From contig SMSO01000025.1 of assembly GCA_004764695.1 (NCBI GenBank), positions 3,286,001-3,350,000 on the forward strand: a DNA stretch of 64,000 nt, read 5' to 3'. Source of the DNA: Schizochytrium sp. TIO01. Its lineage: Eukaryota; Protista; Bigyra: Labyrinthulomycetes. Position numbers and translations under genes: made by a program. Position 1 is the stretch's first letter; each line of letters opens with the position of its first letter. Shown here piece after piece: positions 57,856 to 64,000 of this stretch. The notes beneath the pieces are model-generated. The model saw only the letters and a list, made by a program, of their open reading frames with translations, was not told the origin of the DNA and did not search any database.

Positions 57856-60702
57856 TTAAGGGTTCAACACTACAATCTTGTTTTGACCATGATCCCGAGG
57901 AGGTCGCTGAGGTCCAAAACATGCGAGAAGTGCTGGGAAAAAGGTGTTAGATGTGGCCAAAGAGAACAAAACAACCTCGAGAAGGAATTTTCCAAATTCT
58001 GCTAGATACAAGATTTCGCATAGAGTTAATGCAATCGCAGCGACAGTCGTTGCAATTGCGCCGGATAGAACACTGACACTAATTCGAGTAAATGCAACAC
58101 GAGTTCGAAGCCTGCGAGAAGCTACTGGGGTACCGTCCTCAAGCATGTAGAAATCTCCGGGCATGCAATTTTCGGGGGTAACCTCGGCGATAAGTTTTGC
58201 TTGCTCGGGCTTGTACTCTACATACGCAATCGCATAATGTAGAGTGAAATCAAATGCCAAACCCACAAGAGCAGTGATGCAAATAGCTTCCATGAAACCA
58301 ATTGAACCAATGGAGAGCTGCATAGTACCAAGCACCAAAGCACTGAGCAAGAGAATGTTGACTGTGGCGAGAACGCTTACAAGAATATTTCTTGTCATGA
58401 TCAACAGACATGCAAATCCGAATGCAACTCCGGAAGCAAGACCTATGATTGCTGTTTTCACCAAAGATCGCTGCATAACAAGACCGCTGTAGTCCGCTGA
58501 AACAACAAGAGGGGTTCCAACTGACTCTGGGCCATTTGCAAATCTAGATGATAGATCACTTGCAAGATCCTCAAAGGCACCCAGCTTAGCATCTAGATTT
58601 GCAGTAGTAAGGACTGAGAGGGTCACCTCCATCACCATATACTTGATAGGATCTGGCACAATTGAAGAAGATGAGGTACCATAGAACTCCCCAATATAAT
58701 CTTCAGCATTCGCATCATCAAGATACCACATGTTCAGCAGCTCGCGAGTGTATGAAGTGTTTGAAACTGGAAATAATTCCCCATTGTCATCAAGCCAGTT
58801 CTCAAAAGCTGAAACCCAGCATGTCACACTCGACTCAGTTGAAGAGGACTCTCGAACATAGCTCGGGCGCACCGAAGAATTGCTACTGCTGAACTCAGTA
58901 CACATTTCATAAAGAGCTTCTTGAGCATCTGATTGTAAAGGAGCGAAACCGGCGTCATAGGTGATGGTTCCATAGTCTGAAGGATCAAATGCTGAGGTAC
59001 CAGATCGGTCAATTAAACCGAATCCGAAAGTAACCATTGTGGTGTAGTATGCTGATGAAGAGAGAGTGAACTCTGAGTACATAAGGGATGTCACTATGGT
59101 CACAGGGTGACTGCTATCGAAAATGTCGCCAATGCTTCTAGTGCCAGGCTTGAATCGAGAGCTCAAGCCAGCAAAAACACCCATGAGGACAAAGCCTAGA
59201 ACGATCAATACCCATCGAAGTTTCATTAGAGCTGGGATATATTTGTCACGGAAGAATCGTGAGACACGACCCAATTCACCAGGGCTCAGATCGTCCTTTG
59301 ATACCTTGTTTTGACAGCACGGAAACAAGCGCGATGCGCAGGTCAGGGGTTGAATATATTTGACATACAGAACCACGAGGGGGGGCAGTAGACAGATAAC
59401 GAGGACAAAGTTCACAAGCATCAATAATGCTGCAAAAACGCCGAAACAACGAATGTTGATAATCTGCGTAACAGCCGTAATAAAAAATGCCATAAATGTA
59501 GTCAGACTCGTTACCAACATGGCACCGGCAGCGTTGTTGAAGCTCCATGTAAGGCGAATCTGGAGGATCTCGTTTTGACTATCAACATCAGGCTCGGCAG
59601 AGAGAATCTGATCAGCAAAAATCACCGCACTTTGCTGAAAAGCGTCCCAAAATATGAAAACATTATCTGCACCAATTCCAAACAGGACGAAGATGGCTAA
59701 AACTTGCAAGGTTCCAAAGTGGTGGATCTGGAAAACATAATAGTAGATGAAATAAGCAGTCGGGAAAGCAAGAATGACTTGCAGCATGCTCGTAATTCCA
59801 AGAAACAGAGACCTTGTGTGTAGACAGAGCATTAATAACACAAATAAAATTGCCAACCCAGCAAATGCGGCATCAGTCATCAATGTCTGCTCTGCGAAGA
59901 ACTCTGTGATGTCTGCAAAGTAAACATAGAGCGTGATGTTCTTGTTTTCCTCACGAGTATCCATGATATCATCTACTACAACATCTTCCATGACACTCAC
60001 AATCTTATCGTTCTGCTCAGTGGTATCAGACTGTGCAGATGAATATCCCGCAAGTGGTAGGCCAAAGAATATTCTAGAACGAAGCATAGGAAGCTGAAGC
60101 CCCTCCGTGGAGTTTGCATCAATATCGAATTCTTTACTGATGAAAAAGCTAGACGTGTCAGGATTGTCTAAGAGTGCCTGAGCAAAGACATCCTTATCAT
60201 AATCATCAATACTCTCAGGTAGATAAGCTGTTGCAGAGTGCACAGGTTGACACTCTCCTGTAGTTGAGTTGAGCAAGCAGATGCTCTGCATTTTGGGTTT
60301 TGCAAGAATCGTATTTTCATAGTTGCGAATGTAATACAGATCCTCTGGATAGTCCAGCAGATTATACGCTTCACGTTGGGACACCCAATAGAAGTCGAGC
60401 GTTTGGTCAGATTCTACAGACCTTTCACTGGCCCCAGTTGTATTGGTGTTGGCTTCTTCAACATCCTCAGATGCTACCACATAAGCATCATATGCACGTG
60501 CGCTGTAACTATTGCGTACAGACCATCCATCGCTGTCTTGAAACTCAAGCTTAGTTATGCCAACACAAGTAAAAATGATTGGCACAACCAGCATTCCAAG
60601 CAGGACCAGACAGGGTCGCTTGATGATTGTCCCCATACAACTATTCGTGGAACATCCGGCGAGACATGATGGCTTCTTCAAAGCAGGCAAACTAATTGCC
60701 AT
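57856..60702 (-). CDS. Dispatched/Patched-family RND sterol-sensing-domain transporter, paralogue 2
   Basis: Same architecture and collinear with paralogue 1 (GWSVRNSYSARAYDAY, HFGTLQVLAIF, AAGAMLVTSLTTF, QLSIGSIGFMEAI). TM4 FGIGADNVFI, TM10 VGLAFDFTLHY. 948 aa. Confidence 0.92.
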   Translation of the reverse strand: MAISLPALKKPSCLAGCSTNSCMGTIIKRPCLVLLGMLVVPIIFTCVGITKLEFQDSDGWSVRNSYSARAYDAYVVASEDVEEANTNTTGASERSVESDQTLDFYWVSQREAYNLLDYPEDLYYIRNYENTILAKPKMQSICLLNSTTGECQPVHSATAYLPESIDDYDKDVFAQALLDNPDTSSFFISKEFDIDANSTEGLQLPMLRSRIFFGLPLAGYSSAQSDTTEQNDKIVSVMEDVVVDDIMDTREENKNITLYVYFADITEFFAEQTLMTDAAFAGLAILFVLLMLCLHTRSLFLGITSMLQVILAFPTAYFIYYYVFQIHHFGTLQVLAIFVLFGIGADNVFIFWDAFQQSAVIFADQILSAEPDVDSQNEILQIRLTWSFNNAAGAMLVTSLTTFMAFFITAVTQIINIRCFGVFAALLMLVNFVLVICLLPPLVVLYVKYIQPLTCASRLFPCCQNKVSKDDLSPGELGRVSRFFRDKYIPALMKLRWVLIVLGFVLMGVFAGLSSRFKPGTRSIGDIFDSSHPVTIVTSLMYSEFTLSSSAYYTTMVTFGFGLIDRSGTSAFDPSDYGTITYDAGFAPLQSDAQEALYEMCTEFSSSNSSVRPSYVRESSSTESSVTCWVSAFENWLDDNGELFPVSNTSYTRELLNMWYLDDANAEDYIGEFYGTSSSSIVPDPIKYMVMEVTLSVLTTANLDAKLGAFEDLASDLSSRFANGPESVGTPLVVSADYSGLVMQRSLVKTAIIGLASGVAFGFACLLIMTRNILVSVLATVNILLLSALVLGTMQLSIGSIGFMEAICITALVGLAFDFTLHYAIAYVEYKPEQAKLIAEVTPENCMPGDFYMLEDGTPVASRRLRTRVAFTRISVSVLSGAIATTVAAIALTLCEILYLAEFGKFLLEVVLFSLATSNTFFPALLACFGPQRPPRDHGQNKIVVLNP

Positions 60703-63700
60703 GGTGCTAAAGGAGGTGCACCCAAGTTTGGGTTTTGCTTTATTGTCTTGGTCAGTGAAAGGCTCTACACCTCAATAAAATGTGTTTATGTGTATTGCCG
60801 ATATAAAGTGATGATGGCTGATTCCCAAAATCATGTTCTGAAAGGAAAGTAAAACTTCTCAGAGCTGTTTAAATATATAGGCACTTCCACTGGCACTAAC
60901 CCATTTTAAAATAAATGCTTAAAAAGGTAGATCAGATCTGGCAAAGATAAATAGAGGGGTTTGTGATATATTTCTTATTCATATGTTTGCGAGTTTATAC
61001 TTGAGCAGCCAAATGTAGCATATTCATTGTCTTGTTATCTGTGTCGACTGAAAGAGGGATGATAGCAGCGTAAGCTGTAGCTTCAGTCTCGTCCATCAAC
61101 AAGTTAGACCAAGGAAACTTGAATCCAACGCTTTGTAGTACCTCAGGTGGCTTCTACGTGCTTCTAAATTGAGAGAGATGTGTTTGCGTTGAAAGAAAAG
61201 AAAACAATTATAACAAATAAAAAGAGTGCTATTGTTATATCTTAGTCTACCAGGTATTTACAGTAATACGTAGTCTCTCTTAGAAAAAAAAAAAACTTTT
61301 AAAAAAACTTGAATATAAAGTGTTTCTTCCTAAATGCAAAATCTGAAGTGATCACATGTTGCAAACATCATATTACTTTAGGTGTTAAGATTGAAGTTGT
61401 CAGAATCTCAGCAGCAGCGGGAGTGTCAATGGTGCAATAGTATTTGAAACCTGTCTGTGTGTTACCGCTCGGACACGGACATGCACTCCAGTATAGGCCG
61501 CGATTTCAGTTTCAAAAGCACTCAGATTAAACGCGCTAATTTGCTATTAAACGCCGTTCATTCGAAATAGGCCTAGTATTGATGTCGAATTACCTACCCA
61601 AAACTTCATTTCTAAACTAGAAAAAAAAAAAACACATGCCTAAGTGAAACATATTGATAAGCGATCATGTTGCCACCCGACATAGATTGAGCAATTGTTA
61701 AAGCCCAGCGCACGCTGGATACTTGTAGGAAATTATAACAATTCTCAAATCGCCAGCACTTTGTTTTTTAATGTTAATCATTGCTGTTTCTTCAAGTTGT
61801 TCAACGCTCCCAACTTGCTGTTCCGCACACCACGTTGCCCAAGAATATACCTGTAACTGGATATCTACATATAAGTAACATATAATTTCATGCGGCACGT
61901 GCTGGCCGCTTAAGCATGTCTGAAAACTTCTACGCAACGTACAGGTGCAGGCTGATGTGTACTTTTACTCGCTAGTTTAAGATCTCTCTTGAGCCTTGGC
62001 TAATATCATGAAGATTTACAAGTTACTCTAGAGGTAGTAATATGCATCTACATTGCATTACCATGTGTGAGACATTGTTGTTCAAGGTGCTCGAGAAAAT
62101 CGTTCAAATCGAATTAGAAGTTTGTCTATCTAAATCAGTAACGGTAGATAAATTTGAAGATGCACCTTTAAACCCTTGCCTACAACTAATGCTACGATCA
62201 GGCAAGCTCTACTATCACTTTGGCACACACCTACTTGAGTCAAAATTTCTCATGCTGCACCTCCTCAAAGTCCCCTAATTAGAGGATGAGTTAGAGTGTG
62301 AAGCATGACAAAATACTACCTGCAAGGCACGTCGGACAGAGAGATGCACTGGTGCTTACACCAAGTGCTACTCGTTTTTCTAATCTTCTTGGTGATGAGC
62401 CATGCCTGGCTAATGTCTACTAATAAGGGTGGCAAAACTAGCATGGGTAACCGAGAAACAGTGAATGTGAGACATCAAGGAAGGAGGCAAGTAGGATCAT
62501 TTATAGCAGCTCATCGTTCTCTTCTTTTCTTTTTTCGTTTCTTCAAGTTGGTACCTAGGAGTGTGCATAGGAAGCACATTAAAGTTGGGCCAAGATGCAT
62601 GACACAAACTCAGTATGTGCAAGGCTTGGTGCGTGGACTCCAGAACTTTAAAAAAAGAGTCTACTTCCTGAAACGGGCATTCAAGCCAGAGCCACTTTTA
62701 TTCTACGAGGTAGAAGCTGCACAAACAGCTTCTAGCAAGTATCCATAAAGTCAGACCAGTGGAAGCACTCAGTCTTAAGGATTTGGAGGTGAGAACGTGG
62801 CAAATGCGACGTGCTTTTCTATGGTAAGGGACCTCAAACTAGATACTGATCTAGGCATCGATGGACAGAAAATTGGGAAAGGGAAGATCAGTACTTTCTG
62901 CTGAGGTCTCTAATTAAAGAGACATCTGGACGAAATATTGTTAAAATTCTTTGTGTGCCAGTGTAAGTCCTAAAATAATTAGAATTCGCTACTAAACAAT
63001 CAGATGTTTCGCTGTGACGTTAATGGCCCCAAGAGCCAAACCTATACATATACATTTAATAAAAGTAAGTATGGTGAAGTTCCAACTAATGACTGATGAG
63101 ACGTCTCAACCCAAACTCTTCAATTGTTCCCGATAAAGATCAATTCTATCTCAGTCTTCTAATTATAACACAAATCAGTCGACCTTCAATCTTAGCGATA
63201 GCAGTCGCTAACTTTATGAACTACTAAGCACTCTTCACGTCCTCTCTAGGCGTCTTGTCGTCATCTTCCTAGTCAATGTTTAGCTAACCGAATTCATCTT
63301 TCAGTAGTTGCTGTAGTAGATGTGAAGTGAAGTGGCAGTTTGCAAATACCTAAGGCATGCCAAATATGATAATTCTTAGCGTTCTATTCTATCATCATAA
63401 TAACATTATTCAGCATCACGAAGCGAGCCATGATTTAGATACATAAGAGCTGCGACAAGGGAGAACAATAATAATGACCATACTAAATATACAATATATC
63501 TCTAACGAAATAACTTTAATGGGGCATATGTACAAGAAACTTGAGCAAGACTAACCCTCCCTTGACATCATTATCCTTAAATTTTGGATTAAATTTGAGT
63601 CGTGCTCCGGGAATTTGCTTCCGTTTGGTTGTCCTTGAAATGATGCAACTTTCAGGCCAGATTTAGGGTTCCGTGACCTGTCTCGTTCGCAGTTATGACT

Positions 63701-64000
63701 CACGCTTTTGCGACCGAGGCGTAGGACTTTGTAATCTTACACGCTCTTTATGCTTTGAAAATGTGAAGAATTACTTGGCTTACTTCCAGTCTAAGAATGG
63801 TGAGTTCTCCAATCGAAGGAACTAGTGGACAAGACATTGCTAGAGTTCTTAGTGTCCGTTTGTAAAACCTCAGTAGACATAGCGTTTACAAAAGAGCAAG
63901 AATAGGCACCAAACTCGTGTGGCTGCCGGAGCAAAGAACTAGAAGTGTGAATACACATTACCTACATTCAAGCATGGTGTAGCTTGAATCGGTGGTTGGA

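Noticed and set aside
61698-62900. Short ORFs (79, 78 and 147 aa) near the right end as a gene or retroelement
   Set aside because: No recognisable motif, LTR or consistent frame; it could be decayed sequence but I cannot support that.

Overview
Eukaryotic nuclear DNA from a gene-compact, intron-poor protist. The gene set, short GT-AG introns and microsatellite-rich spacers suggest a stramenopile such as a thraustochytrid (Labyrinthulomycetes); this taxonomic call is inference only. The window has two halves. (1) About 1-22,000 has no recognisable intact gene. It alternates GC-rich, coding-looking but stop-riddled islands with AT-rich stretches and carries a very dense, diverse set of microsatellites dominated by 4-nt units. 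(2) About 22,000-60,700 is gene-dense: a SET-domain methyltransferase, an ataxin-2/Pbp1 orthologue, a three-exon histidine phosphatase missed by the ORF track, CCT5, a hexose-6-phosphate 1-epimerase, a PP2C fused to five CCCH zinc fingers, an unconventional myosin, an FBXO15-like F-box gene convergent with a Cdc34/UBE2G-type E2, a hypothetical protein, a two-PDZ plus zinc-ribbon protein, and two tandem Dispatched/Patched-family RND transporters. I recognised no rRNA, tRNA, CRISPR array or intact mobile element. The best candidates for new biology are the PP2C-5xCCCH fusion, the Dispatched pair with a DD-to-DN motif switch, the FBXO15-like/E2 pair, and the period-4 microsatellite desert. Family assignments come from motifs recognised by eye; no database search was run.
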